Below are positions 42,996 through 51,310 of a DNA stretch of 64,000 nucleotides, one piece after another (the stretch's first letter is position 1; each line of letters begins with the position of its first letter). The notes beneath the pieces are model-generated. The model was not told the origin of the DNA. It made no database searches and saw only the letters and a program-made list of their open reading frames with translations. Where the stretch lies: positions 5,673 to 69,672 of the forward strand of contig MNWR01000007.1 of the NCBI GenBank assembly GCA_001872725.1, read 5' to 3'. A program made the position numbers and the translations under genes. The stretch is from Proteobacteria bacterium CG1_02_64_396. GTDB taxonomy: Bacteria > Pseudomonadota > MNWR01 > CG1-02-64-396.

Positions 42996-44045
42996 ATGGA
43001 CCTCTACCGTCCCCGCGATACCTCGGGCCTGAAGCCCATCCTCTACTTCCACGCCATGGCCCACCTCGGCATCGAGGGGTTGGTGATCGTCGAACCGAGC
43101 GACCGTTTCGTCAGCGTCGGCTTCTTCGACGACACCGCCAAGATCGTCGATCTCGACCGCTGCCACGCCCTGGGTTTGCCGGTGATGCGCCGCGAGGTGG
43201 GGGGCGGGGCGGTGCTCCTCGGTCCCGGCCAGGTCTTCTACCACCTGGTGATGCAGCGGGGCAGCCACGGCATTCCGGTGCAGGTCGACGAGGCCTACAA
43301 GGTGCTCTCCATCCCCCCCATCGAGACCTATGCCCACTTCGGGGTCGAGGCGCGCTACCGCCCGATCAACGACCTCATCACCCCCGAGGGGCGCAAGATT
43401 TCGGGGCAGGGGGCGGCCGACATCGGCAAATGCTTCGTCTTCGTTGGCTCGATCCTGCGCCATTTCGACGTCGCGACGATGACCCAGGTGCTGCGGGTCC
43501 CCGACGAGAAATTCCGCGACAAAATCTTCAAAACCATGGATGAAAACATGAGCTGGCTGGAGCGGGAGAGTCAGGCCCGCCCCACCTCGCGGGAGGTGGG
43601 CGACGTGCTGGCCGCCTCTTTTGGCCGATTGCTTGGTCCGCTGCATGAAAAGGTGCTCCCCCCCGAGGCGATCACACTGGCCGAGCAACTGGGGGGGGAA
43701 TTCACCAGCGACGAGTTTTTGTTCGAAGAGACCCCCCGCCGCCACGAGGCGATCAAGATTCGGGAGGGGGTCTATCTGCGCCAGGGGATGCACAAGGCGC
43801 GGGGGGGATTGATCTGGGCCGAGGTCGAGGTGGCGGAGGATCGCATCGCGGCGCTCAAGATCGGTGGCGACTTCACCTTCATCCCCAAGGGGGACTTTGC
43901 GCCGCTGCAAGACCACCTGATCGGCGCCCCCTTCGAGGTGGAAACGGTGGCCAGCAGCATCGCCCGTTTCATGGCCGAACGTGCCGTCGAAACGCCGGGG
44001 GTGCTTCCCTGCGATTTTGCCCAAGCGATTGTGGGGCAAGGATGA
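42996..44045 (+). CDS. Lipoate-protein ligase family protein (BPL/LplA/LipB catalytic-domain fold)
   Basis: A mixed LplA/LipB-like core (…RREVGGGAVLLGPGQVFYH…) and an accessory C-terminal domain. 349 aa. Confidence 0.7.
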   Translation: MDLYRPRDTSGLKPILYFHAMAHLGIEGLVIVEPSDRFVSVGFFDDTAKIVDLDRCHALGLPVMRREVGGGAVLLGPGQVFYHLVMQRGSHGIPVQVDEAYKVLSIPPIETYAHFGVEARYRPINDLITPEGRKISGQGAADIGKCFVFVGSILRHFDVATMTQVLRVPDEKFRDKIFKTMDENMSWLERESQARPTSREVGDVLAASFGRLLGPLHEKVLPPEAITLAEQLGGEFTSDEFLFEETPRRHEAIKIREGVYLRQGMHKARGGLIWAEVEVAEDRIAALKIGGDFTFIPKGDFAPLQDHLIGAPFEVETVASSIARFMAERAVETPGVLPCDFAQAIVGQG

Positions 44046-44578
44046 TCGGCAAGCTGATCTTCATCGCGCTGCTGCTGGTGTTTGGGGCGGCGATGTTCAT
44101 GGCGGGGATGTGGGCTCCAGAGACGGTGCGGGGACCGGTCTCGTCGGGACTGAGCAAGGTGTTGCCCGCCACCGCGTTGCCGGGGGCTCGCCCGAGCGGT
44201 CCGAACCTCGTTACCTCAGGCACTCCGAGTGGGCAAGAGGCCACCACCGATCAAGAAACCCCACCCCCTCGCTACGATACCCTGCTCCCTCCGGTGCCAC
44301 CCCCAGAACCCGGAGATTATGTCATCCAGCTGGGGCTCTACGCTTCGGGCGAAGCGGCGGACGCGTTGGCGGCCAAGGCGGCGAGGTTGGGGCTGGAGAC
44401 GGCCCAGGTCGAGGTGGTTGATCGCCACGCAGAGCACTGGATCGTGTTGATCGCCGGTAGCTTCAAGGGCCCTGCCGAGGCTCAGGGGATGCAGGTCGAA
44501 TGGGCCCAGATGCTGAATTTGCCGCCGCCGCTACCGCTCCTGTTGCTCCCTCCTCCACCCCCTCCGGCAGGCTCCTGA
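44042..44578 (+). CDS. SPOR-domain (peptidoglycan-binding) protein with an N-terminal TM helix and a Pro-rich tail
   Basis: A TM helix (MIGKLIFIALLLVFGAAMFMAG) and a SPOR-like region (…YVIQLGLYASGEAADALAAKAARLGL… HWIVLIAGSFKGPAEAQ…). It overlaps the upstream gene by 4 nt. Confidence 0.65.
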   Translation: MIGKLIFIALLLVFGAAMFMAGMWAPETVRGPVSSGLSKVLPATALPGARPSGPNLVTSGTPSGQEATTDQETPPPRYDTLLPPVPPPEPGDYVIQLGLYASGEAADALAAKAARLGLETAQVEVVDRHAEHWIVLIAGSFKGPAEAQGMQVEWAQMLNLPPPLPLLLLPPPPPPAGS

Positions 44579-44594
44579 GCGAGACGGCAACAAA

Positions 44595-45326
44595 TCACTC
44601 CCAATCCATCCCTCCACCCGATTCATCCGAACCACCCTGCGGGGGGGCGGGATCAACGACCCACTGTTGCCACAACTCAGGATGGAGCACCACCCAGACC
44701 CCGCCAATTGCGACCACCAAGGTGAGCAGTGCCACCCACAGAGGGCGCAACTGGGGGGCGGTGGCATGGGGGGGGAGTTGGGCGGCGGTTTTGAAGCCGC
44801 TGATCATGGTGGCGATCAGGTCGTCCCCATGTTTGCGATGGAAGAGCACCGCCGAAACGTGGGTGACAACCACACCGAGGATGCCCCAGTACAGGATCGA
44901 ATGCAGGGTCGTCAGCTGGCCTGAAACGGTGGATGAGACCAAGTGTTTCAAAGGGCCGGAGACGATAACGTCGTCGCTGGCGAAGAGTCCGGCGGTGCAC
45001 TGCGCCAGCAGCAAGGTGAGCAGCAGCAGCACCGACCACCCTCCCACCGGGTTGTGGCCAACACTCAAGGGGGGGTGGCCTGTCAGGGTGGCACGCAGGG
45101 CGGGAAGCACGGTGTGTGGCCCTTGAATCAGCGGCAGCAACCGGGCCGTTTCGCTGCCCCACACCCCCCACATCAGCCGGAAGAACAGCAGCGTCAACAC
45201 CGCAAATCCCCCCCACTGATGCCAGGTCAACATCGTGTCGCCGAAGCGCTGGGTGAACCAGGCCGAGAGGACGAGGGCGACCAAGAGCCAATGGAACAGG
45301 CGGGTGGGGAGATCCCAGATCTTCAT
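44595..45326 (-). CDS. cybB: Cytochrome b561 family (CybB-like) di-heme membrane protein
   Basis: Four TM helices with conserved His (…RLFHWLLV… HQWGGFAVL… HNPVGGWS… HSILYWG…). The start is ATG 45324–45326. Confidence 0.8.
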   Translation of the reverse strand: MKIWDLPTRLFHWLLVALVLSAWFTQRFGDTMLTWHQWGGFAVLTLLFFRLMWGVWGSETARLLPLIQGPHTVLPALRATLTGHPPLSVGHNPVGGWSVLLLLTLLLAQCTAGLFASDDVIVSGPLKHLVSSTVSGQLTTLHSILYWGILGVVVTHVSAVLFHRKHGDDLIATMISGFKTAAQLPPHATAPQLRPLWVALLTLVVAIGGVWVVLHPELWQQWVVDPAPPQGGSDESGGGMDWE

Positions 45327-45365
45327 GGCGGGCCTAACGGGGGTTGAAGCGGAAGACCAAGGCCG

Positions 45366-45472
45366 TCTCACGCGAAGGGCGCGAAGGGTACGAAGAAGAG
45401 CAACACCAAAACAAAAACCGAGGTTTCTTGGTTGACTTCGCGCCCTTCGCGCGAGACGACTTTTTAAGTCGT
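45366..45472. repeat. 21-nt inverted repeat (20/21) with a ~49-nt spacer plus an adjacent 6-bp hairpin, between cytochrome c' and cybB
   Basis: TCTCACGCGAAGGGCGCGAAG (45366–45386) pairs with CTTCGCGCCCTTCGCGCGAGA (45436–45456). ACGACT-TTTTA-AGTCGT follows at 45456–45472. The arms contain tandem CGCGAAGGG units. Confidence 0.4.
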
Positions 45473-45476
45473 TACG

Positions 45477-45917
45477 TCACTTGCTTTTGAAGTCGTCGTG
45501 GCAGGCTTTGCAGCTTCCACCCAGACGTTTGAATGCGTCGATTTGGGCCTGGCGGTCGTCGCCCTGCGCGGCCTGAACCATGGCGTCGGTGGCAGCGGCG
45601 GCATCCTGGCCCGCCTTTTTGAACTTCTCGGGTTGTTCCCAAATGGCGGGGGCCGCCTTGGTTTCGCCGGTTCCGGAGCCGGGGGGGAAGGCGTTGCCAA
45701 GGTGGGCGAAGGCATCCTTGATCCCTTGGGCGTGGAAAAGCACATCCTTGGTGGCGCCGTGGCCGAGGAAGAGGATCGAATGCAGCGCCGTCATGTGGCC
45801 GGAGGCAATCTTAAAGATGCCGTGGCGATGGACGATGTCGGGGTTGGTCTCGCCAGCCCAGGCGGGAGCGGCAAACAAGGCGGTTGCAACGCAGATGGCA
45901 GCGACGAAACGTTTCAA
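45477..45917 (-). CDS. cycP: Cytochrome c' (class II c-type cytochrome)
   Basis: A signal peptide, a four-helix-bundle-like length (146 aa) and a C-terminal CxxCH (CKACH), which is the class II hallmark. Confidence 0.85.
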   Translation of the reverse strand: MKRFVAAICVATALFAAPAWAGETNPDIVHRHGIFKIASGHMTALHSILFLGHGATKDVLFHAQGIKDAFAHLGNAFPPGSGTGETKAAPAIWEQPEKFKKAGQDAAAATDAMVQAAQGDDRQAQIDAFKRLGGSCKACHDDFKSK

Positions 45918-45942
45918 GGGTATTCCTCCTGATGGGTCGAAA

Positions 45943-45963
45943 TTGAAGCCGTCAGGGCTTCAA
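45943..45963. promoter_or_regulatory. Palindrome TTGAAGCC-N5-GGCTTCAA about 26–46 nt upstream of the cytochrome c' start codon (candidate operator)
   Basis: Perfect 8-bp half-sites. It resembles but does not match the FNR/Dnr TTGAT-N4-ATCAA box. Confidence 0.3.
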
Positions 45964-46090
45964 GGCAAGGGGCAACGGGGCCCCGAGAGGGCGATGATCC
46001 CCAAGGTTCTCTCCGAGGATCGGATGGTGGGAATCCCATTCTATGGGGTGGCGATGCGGGGATTCCCGATTGCAGGTCTGGATTTGCACG

Positions 46091-46140
46091 CGCTGTGAAC
46101 GACAAAAGGCATCGAAAGATGCCTTTTGTCGTTCACAGCG
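46091..46140. repeat. Perfect 23-bp palindrome with a GAAA tetraloop (50-nt hairpin) in a 560-nt gene-free gap
   Basis: CGCTGTGAACGACAAAAGGCATC-GAAA-GATGCCTTTTGTCGTTCACAGCG. The symmetry creates mirror-image spurious ORFs on both strands. Confidence 0.5.
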
Positions 46141-46480
46141 TGAAGGGGGTGGGCCCGATCTTTTCTTAAATTTGCCCGAGAGGTCTAAGGAAGCGCTGAT
46201 TGATTGGCGCTTCCGATCGGCCCAGGGATGGGCCGCCAAAATAGCGCAGTCGTAGGAGGCGACCTAAGTCGCCGAAGCTCTGCTGATTTTGCAAGCGAAG
46301 CCAAAACCATCGCCGCCTCATGGCGCCGACTTTTGGTTTTTGCGTCGCGTGCCGATTCAAGGCAGGAGCCTTTCATCAGCGTTTCCCTGAAGGCGGCTAC
46401 GTTCACGCAAACAAAAAATACCGGTGTACGGTGAGAGCCAGCGCGGGGGGGAGGTTTGTTCGGAAGACGGGTCGGGTTGC

Positions 46481-47044
46481 CTAAAACCGAATTCCCAGAT
46501 CGAACGCAGCGGTCACCACCCGGATCTTTCCCCCCGAATTGGGGAAATAGGTGGTTTCGTAACCCTGGGTGGGACGTGCGCCCAAGGCGAGGTTGAGCAC
46601 CACGGTCGATCCTTGATAACCAAAGCCCAGGATCCCCTCGACCCCGCCGGCATTGTAACTGGCCGTGCCGACCACCCCTGAGATGTGGTCGGAATAGCCC
46701 CCCAGACCGATGTAACCGTTCCACCCCTGGCGCCAATTCGTCCCCAGCAAAAGCGACAACTCCCCCCCAGTCATTTTGACGCTGCTTCCCCCCAATGGGC
46801 TGGCTTTGCTGCCACCGCTCCCCTTGAGCATGTAGTAGCGCAACTGAAAGGCGAGGTTGTCGCTGGCGGGAATCAAAGCCTGAAGCCCAGGGCCGTTCAG
46901 CAGGTCGGTGGTGTTGGCGCTGCTGGTGTCGACCACCTGCATCGCCATACCCGAAACCCCAATCGAGGTGGCGGGAATCTCTCGGGCTTGAGCAGTGGCG
47001 GCGCTGCCGAGGATCAGCAGCAAAGCAATGGCGGAGCGGGACAT
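46481..47044 (-). CDS. Outer-membrane beta-barrel protein (small porin/OmpA-like barrel), paralog 1
   Basis: A signal peptide (…AATAQA), an alternating-hydrophobic Gly/Ser/Thr-rich pattern and a C-terminal aromatic (…LGIRF). 187 aa. Confidence 0.65.
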   Translation of the reverse strand: MSRSAIALLLILGSAATAQAREIPATSIGVSGMAMQVVDTSSANTTDLLNGPGLQALIPASDNLAFQLRYYMLKGSGGSKASPLGGSSVKMTGGELSLLLGTNWRQGWNGYIGLGGYSDHISGVVGTASYNAGGVEGILGFGYQGSTVVLNLALGARPTQGYETTYFPNSGGKIRVVTAAFDLGIRF

Positions 47045-47147
47045 GGCGGCACCTGTTCGTCAAAAAGCGTCAAGAATGGGACGGCGCATGAAACGTGGAT
47101 GGGGTGGGTGGGGCAGTGACGATGATTGCAGGGGGATGCTACGGGGT

Positions 47148-47187
47148 ATCTTCAGCCGGGCCAAGGAACCCCGGCCCGGCTGAAGAT
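47148..47187. other. Perfect 15-bp hairpin just 3' of OMP paralog 2
   Basis: ATCTTCAGCCGGGCC-N10-GGCCCGGCTGAAGAT. Confidence 0.35.
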
Positions 47188-47196
47188 CAAGCGGGA

Positions 47197-47766
47197 TCAG
47201 AAGAAGAAGGACAGATCCAAGGAGGCCGATGAGGCAGCCGTATTGCCGGTCCCGAAGAAGATGTCAGTGTCGTATTTGCTGGCGGACCGAATCGCTACAG
47301 AAAAATCGATGGCGAGGAAGCCGCCGTTATAGCCAAGCCCAAGCACCCCCATGCCGCCGGAGAAGGAGTTCGAGCTGGCACCCGAGGTCGAATTGCCGAA
47401 TTTTTCAGAAAATCCACCCGCCCCAACATACAGATTGCCCCCCTGGGCCCAATTCGTGCCGAAGAGAATGGCGAAATCGGCGCCCGTGAGGGTGATGTTA
47501 TTGCTGCTCAGAATGGTCCCTTTGCCGTCCTGAACCCCTTTTAGGGAATAGAAGTGTGCCCGCAGAGCTATGGTTTCATCGAAGGGGAGGGTGCCCACGA
47601 GGGCGCCGCCCGAGAAGGTGTCGGTCGTCGAAATAATGTCGGTGTTGACGATGGCGACGGCATAACTGCCGATACCGATCGAGGCGCGCGGGCCATCCTC
47701 GGCTTGAGCCGAGAGCGGCGCTGCGAGAGCGAGAAGGACTGCGGCGGTCGTGGCGATTCGTTTCAT
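47197..47766 (-). CDS. Outer-membrane beta-barrel protein, paralog 2 (tandem duplicate of 46481..47044)
   Basis: Same architecture and shared blocks (…FGTNW.QG.N.Y.G.GG…, C-terminal FFF). An RBS GGAGAGAG lies upstream. Confidence 0.65.
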   Translation of the reverse strand: MKRIATTAAVLLALAAPLSAQAEDGPRASIGIGSYAVAIVNTDIISTTDTFSGGALVGTLPFDETIALRAHFYSLKGVQDGKGTILSSNNITLTGADFAILFGTNWAQGGNLYVGAGGFSEKFGNSTSGASSNSFSGGMGVLGLGYNGGFLAIDFSVAIRSASKYDTDIFFGTGNTAASSASLDLSFFF

Positions 47767-47938
47767 GATCTCTCTCCTTGTCTATGAACAGCTGTGCATG
47801 GCGCCGACGGCGCTACGTTCAAATGTGAGAAAATCCTAAACACGTTGGGGCCTTGCTGCCAAGGTGGATCCCTTACACCCCCCATCTTGACGCTGCCACC
47901 CCTTCCTGCTTTCATTCGCGCCCTTTTTTGCAGGGCAT

Positions 47939-48014
47939 GGGGCCGTAGCTCAGTTGGTAGAGCGTCTCGTTCGCAATGAGAAGGTCAGGGGTTCGATTCC
48001 CCTCGGCTCCACCA
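47939..48014 (+). tRNA. tRNA-Ala (anticodon CGC)
   Basis: A cloverleaf with the G3:U70 Ala identity pair. The anticodon loop is TTCGCAA, the T-loop GGTTCGATTCC, and the 3' CCA is encoded. Confidence 0.9.
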
Positions 48015-48034
48015 TATTTACAAAATCCCAGAAG

Positions 48035-48062
48035 AGCACCGACATCCCTCGGTGCTTTTTTT
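48035..48062 (+). terminator. Intrinsic terminator after tRNA-Ala
   Basis: AGCACCG-ACATCCCT-CGGTGCT followed by TTTTTTT. Confidence 0.6.
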
Positions 48063-48119
48063 GTTTTCGGCTCCTACAAAACTCGGAGCCACTCCTCGTA
48101 CCGCACAAAGGAGGTCCCC

Positions 48120-48407
48120 GTGGCACTGGACGTCCAACGGGTTGCCCAGGTGGCGACCCTCTCCCGTTTGGCTTTGAGTCAAGAGGAGCAGACCCGCATG
48201 GCGGGGCAGCTCTCCGCCATCCTCGAATACATCGACCACCTGCAAGAGGTCGATACCGACGGGGTCTCCCCCTCCGCCGCCAACATCGACCGGCAGACCC
48301 CCATGCGCGAGGACGTCGTCAGCAACGGAGACATCCGCGACAAGCTGATCGAACGGGCCCCGGCCAGCGTCGAGGGCTGTTTCCTCGTTCCGCCGGTCAT
48401 CGAATAA
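48120..48407 (+). CDS. gatC: Glu-tRNA(Gln)/Asp-tRNA(Asn) amidotransferase subunit C
   Basis: ~95 aa starting at GTG 48120, 5 nt after AAGGAGG (…[39 protein letters not shown]…). Confidence 0.85.
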   Translation: MALDVQRVAQVATLSRLALSQEEQTRMAGQLSAILEYIDHLQEVDTDGVSPSAANIDRQTPMREDVVSNGDIRDKLIERAPASVEGCFLVPPVIE

Positions 48408-48417
48408 AGGAGCCGCC

Positions 48418-49839
48418 ATGTTCAACTCGATCCAGGCTGCCCTGACCGCTCTGAACAAGGGCGAGCTCTCCAGCCGCGAGCTGACCCAGCATTACCTGGG
48501 CCGCATCGCCGCCCACAACGACCGCCTCAATGCCTACATCACCGTGACCGCCGAATCGGCACTGGCCCAAGCCGATGCCGCCGACGCCGCCCGCAAGGCG
48601 GGGAGCGCCGGGCCGCTGGCCGGGATCCCCATCGCGCAGAAAGACATCTTCGTCACCGAGGGGGTACGAACCACCTGCGGCTCGAAGATGCTGGGCCACT
48701 GGAATCCCCCCTACACCGCCACCGTGGTCGAAAAGCTCAATGCCGCCGGGACCGTGATGCTGGGCAAGGCCAACATGGATGAGTTCGCCATGGGCTCCTC
48801 CAACGAGACCAGCGCCTTCGGCCCGGTGCGCAATCCCCTGGACGAAACCCGCATCCCCGGCGGTTCGTCGGGGGGCTCGGCGGCGGCGGTAGCGGGCGAT
48901 TTGGCCTTGGCCGCCACCGGCACCGACACCGGCGGCTCGATCCGACAGCCCGCCGCCTGCTGCGGCGTGGTGGGGCTCAAGCCGACCTATGGCCGCTCGT
49001 CGCGCTACGGCATGATCGCCTTTGCCTCCTCGCTGGATCAGGCCGGTCCCATCGCCAAGACGGTGGCCGACTGCGGTTTGCTGCTCAATGCCATGGCGGG
49101 GCACGACCCCAAGGATTCGACCTCCATCGACCGCGAGGGTGAGGATTTCACCGCCCTGATTGGCCGCGACATCAAGGGGATGAAGATCGGGCTGCCCAAG
49201 GAGTATTTTGGGGCCGGAGTCGCCCCCGATGTCGCCCGGCAGATTCAGGCGGCCGCCAAGGCTTTGGCCGACCAGGGGGCCGAGATCGTCGAGGTCAGCC
49301 TGCCCCACACCGAGTACGCGGTCCCCGCCTACTACATCATCGCCCCCGCCGAATGCTCTTCGAATTTGGCCCGTTTCGACGGGGTGCGCTTCGGCCATCG
49401 CGCGCAGGGGGCCAAGAACCTGCTGGAGATGTACGTCAAATCGCGCTCCGAGGGTTTCGGCAGCGAGGTCAAGCGGCGGATCATGCTTGGCACCTACGCC
49501 CTGTCTTCGGGTTACTACGACGCCTATTACCTCAAGGCGCAGAAGGTGCGCACCCGCATCCGCGAGGATTTCGAGGCCGCCTTTGCCCAGGTCGATTTGC
49601 TCCTGACCCCCACCGCCCCCACCACCGCCTTCAAGATCGGCGAGAAGGTGGACGACCCGCTGACCATGTACCTGTCGGACATCGCCACGATTCCGGCAAG
49701 TTTGGCCGGGGTGCCGGCCATCGCGGTCCCTTTCGGCAAGGGGATTGATGGGATGCCCATCGGGGCTCAGCTGATTGGCCCCCACTGGGGCGAGGCGAAG
49801 CTGCTTCAGGTGGCGGCCGTGCTTGAGGGGGTGGCGTGA
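48418..49839 (+). CDS. gatA: Glu-tRNA(Gln) amidotransferase subunit A (amidase signature)
   Basis: 473 aa with the amidase signature (…[12 protein letters not shown]…) and the catalytic Ser-cisSer-Lys context. Confidence 0.93.
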   Translation: MFNSIQAALTALNKGELSSRELTQHYLGRIAAHNDRLNAYITVTAESALAQADAADAARKAGSAGPLAGIPIAQKDIFVTEGVRTTCGSKMLGHWNPPYTATVVEKLNAAGTVMLGKANMDEFAMGSSNETSAFGPVRNPLDETRIPGGSSGGSAAAVAGDLALAATGTDTGGSIRQPAACCGVVGLKPTYGRSSRYGMIAFASSLDQAGPIAKTVADCGLLLNAMAGHDPKDSTSIDREGEDFTALIGRDIKGMKIGLPKEYFGAGVAPDVARQIQAAAKALADQGAEIVEVSLPHTEYAVPAYYIIAPAECSSNLARFDGVRFGHRAQGAKNLLEMYVKSRSEGFGSEVKRRIMLGTYALSSGYYDAYYLKAQKVRTRIREDFEAAFAQVDLLLTPTAPTTAFKIGEKVDDPLTMYLSDIATIPASLAGVPAIAVPFGKGIDGMPIGAQLIGPHWGEAKLLQVAAVLEGVA

Positions 49840-51290
49840 TGTGGACTTATGAGGGTTACGAGGTCGTGATTGGGCTGGAGGTCCATACCCAGCTTCTGAC
49901 CCACACCAAGATCTTCTGCGGCTGCTCCACCGCCTTCGGGGCGGCCCCCAACACCCAGACCTGCCCGGTCTGCACCGGCCAGCCCGGCGCGCTGCCGGTC
50001 TTCAACAAGGGTGTGGCCGAGATGGCGATCCGGCTGGGTTTGGCCACCGACAGCCAAATCCGGCGCGAGTCGGTTTTCGCCCGCAAGAATTACTTCTACC
50101 CCGATCTGCCCAAGGGCTACCAGATCAGCCAGTACGAGCTCCCCATTTGCGAACACGGCCACCTCGACATCGACTTGGAGGGCGGCGAAAGCAAGCGGAT
50201 CGGCATCACCCGGGCCCACCTTGAAGAGGATGCCGGCAAGTCGCTGCACGAGTTGACCCTTGATGGGACCGCCATCGATCTCAACCGCGCCTGCGTGCCG
50301 CTGATCGAGATCGTCTCCGAGCCGGAGCTGCGCTCCCCCGAGGAGGCGGTCGCCTACTTGAAGAAGCTGCATGCCATCGTGCGTTACATCGGCATCTGCG
50401 ACGGCAACATGCAAGAGGGTTCCTTCCGGGTCGACGCCAACGTTTCGGTGATGCGCATCGGCGCCACCGTCTTCGGCACCCGCTGCGAGCTCAAAAACAT
50501 GAACTCCTTCCGCAACGTGCAGCGGGCCATCGAGTTCGAGGTCGCCCGTCAGGTCGAACTGATCGAGGACGGCGGCAAGGTCATTCAAGAGACCCGCCTC
50601 TACGACGCGGCCAAGAACGAGACCCGTTCGATGCGCGGCAAGGAGGAGGCCCACGATTACCGCTACTTCCCCGATCCCGATTTGATCCCGCTGCGTTTGA
50701 GTCAGGCGATGATCGAGTTTGAGAAAGCCCGCCTGCCCGAGCTGCCCGATGCCAAACGCGACCGCTTCATCGGCGATTATGGGCTGTCCCGCTACGACGC
50801 CGGGGTGCTGACCAGCGAGCAAGCGTTGGCCGACTACTACGAGGCGGTGGTGGCCGGTAAGCGCGACGCCAAGCTCTGCGCCAACTGGGTGACCGGCGAC
50901 CTGCTCGGCAACCTCAACAAGGCGGGGCTCGACATCGCCCAAAGCCCGGTGAGCAGCGCCAACCTCGGTCTGATGATCGACCGGATTGCCGACGCCACCA
51001 TCTCGGGCAAGATCGCCAAAGAGGTCTTCGAGGCGATGATGGCCGGTGAACACGGCGGTAACCCCGACGCCATCATCGAGGCCAAGGGTCTGAAGCAGGT
51101 GACCGACACCGGCCCCATCGACGCCGCCATCGACGAGGCAATGGCCGAGAACCCCGGCCAGCTTGCCGACTACCGCAGTGGCAAGGACAAGCTCTTTGGT
51201 TTCTTCGTTGGTCAGGTGATGAAGAAGATGCGGGGCAAGGGCAATCCGGCGCTGGTCAACGAGCGTTTGAAGGTCAAACTCGACGGTTGA
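49836..51290 (+). CDS. gatB: Glu-tRNA(Gln) amidotransferase subunit B
   Basis: 484 aa, starting (…[12 protein letters not shown]…) with a C-terminal YqeY-like tail. It overlaps gatA by 4 nt. Confidence 0.93.
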   Translation: MMWTYEGYEVVIGLEVHTQLLTHTKIFCGCSTAFGAAPNTQTCPVCTGQPGALPVFNKGVAEMAIRLGLATDSQIRRESVFARKNYFYPDLPKGYQISQYELPICEHGHLDIDLEGGESKRIGITRAHLEEDAGKSLHELTLDGTAIDLNRACVPLIEIVSEPELRSPEEAVAYLKKLHAIVRYIGICDGNMQEGSFRVDANVSVMRIGATVFGTRCELKNMNSFRNVQRAIEFEVARQVELIEDGGKVIQETRLYDAAKNETRSMRGKEEAHDYRYFPDPDLIPLRLSQAMIEFEKARLPELPDAKRDRFIGDYGLSRYDAGVLTSEQALADYYEAVVAGKRDAKLCANWVTGDLLGNLNKAGLDIAQSPVSSANLGLMIDRIADATISGKIAKEVFEAMMAGEHGGNPDAIIEAKGLKQVTDTGPIDAAIDEAMAENPGQLADYRSGKDKLFGFFVGQVMKKMRGKGNPALVNERLKVKLDG

Positions 51291-51310
51291 GGGCGGTTGC
51301 AGGGGTGGTT

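Noticed and set aside
46043-46255. Pair of small ORFs (46043..46255 + and 45952..46239 -) both encoding a …CERQKAS.DAFCRSQ… peptide
   Set aside because: Both read through the perfect 23-bp palindrome at 46091..46140, so the shared peptide is a symmetry artefact and not evidence of coding.
46413-46433. Weak minus-strand terminator candidate for the OMP gene (ACCG-TACAC-CGGT + U-run)
   Set aside because: The stem is only 4–5 bp. It may function but the evidence is marginal.
46185-47063. 292-aa minus-strand ORF spanning the OMP gene region
   Set aside because: It is out of frame with the signal-peptide-bearing beta-barrel ORF 46481..47044, which has proper OMP features. The composition is Arg/Gly/Pro-rich and typical of a wrong frame in GC-rich DNA.
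47887-47915. Possible tRNA-Ala promoter TTGACG-N17-TTTCAT
   Set aside because: The -35 is good but the -10 is weak (4/6), and the distance to the mature 5' end (~23 nt) is only plausible with processing. This is too uncertain to list as a feature.
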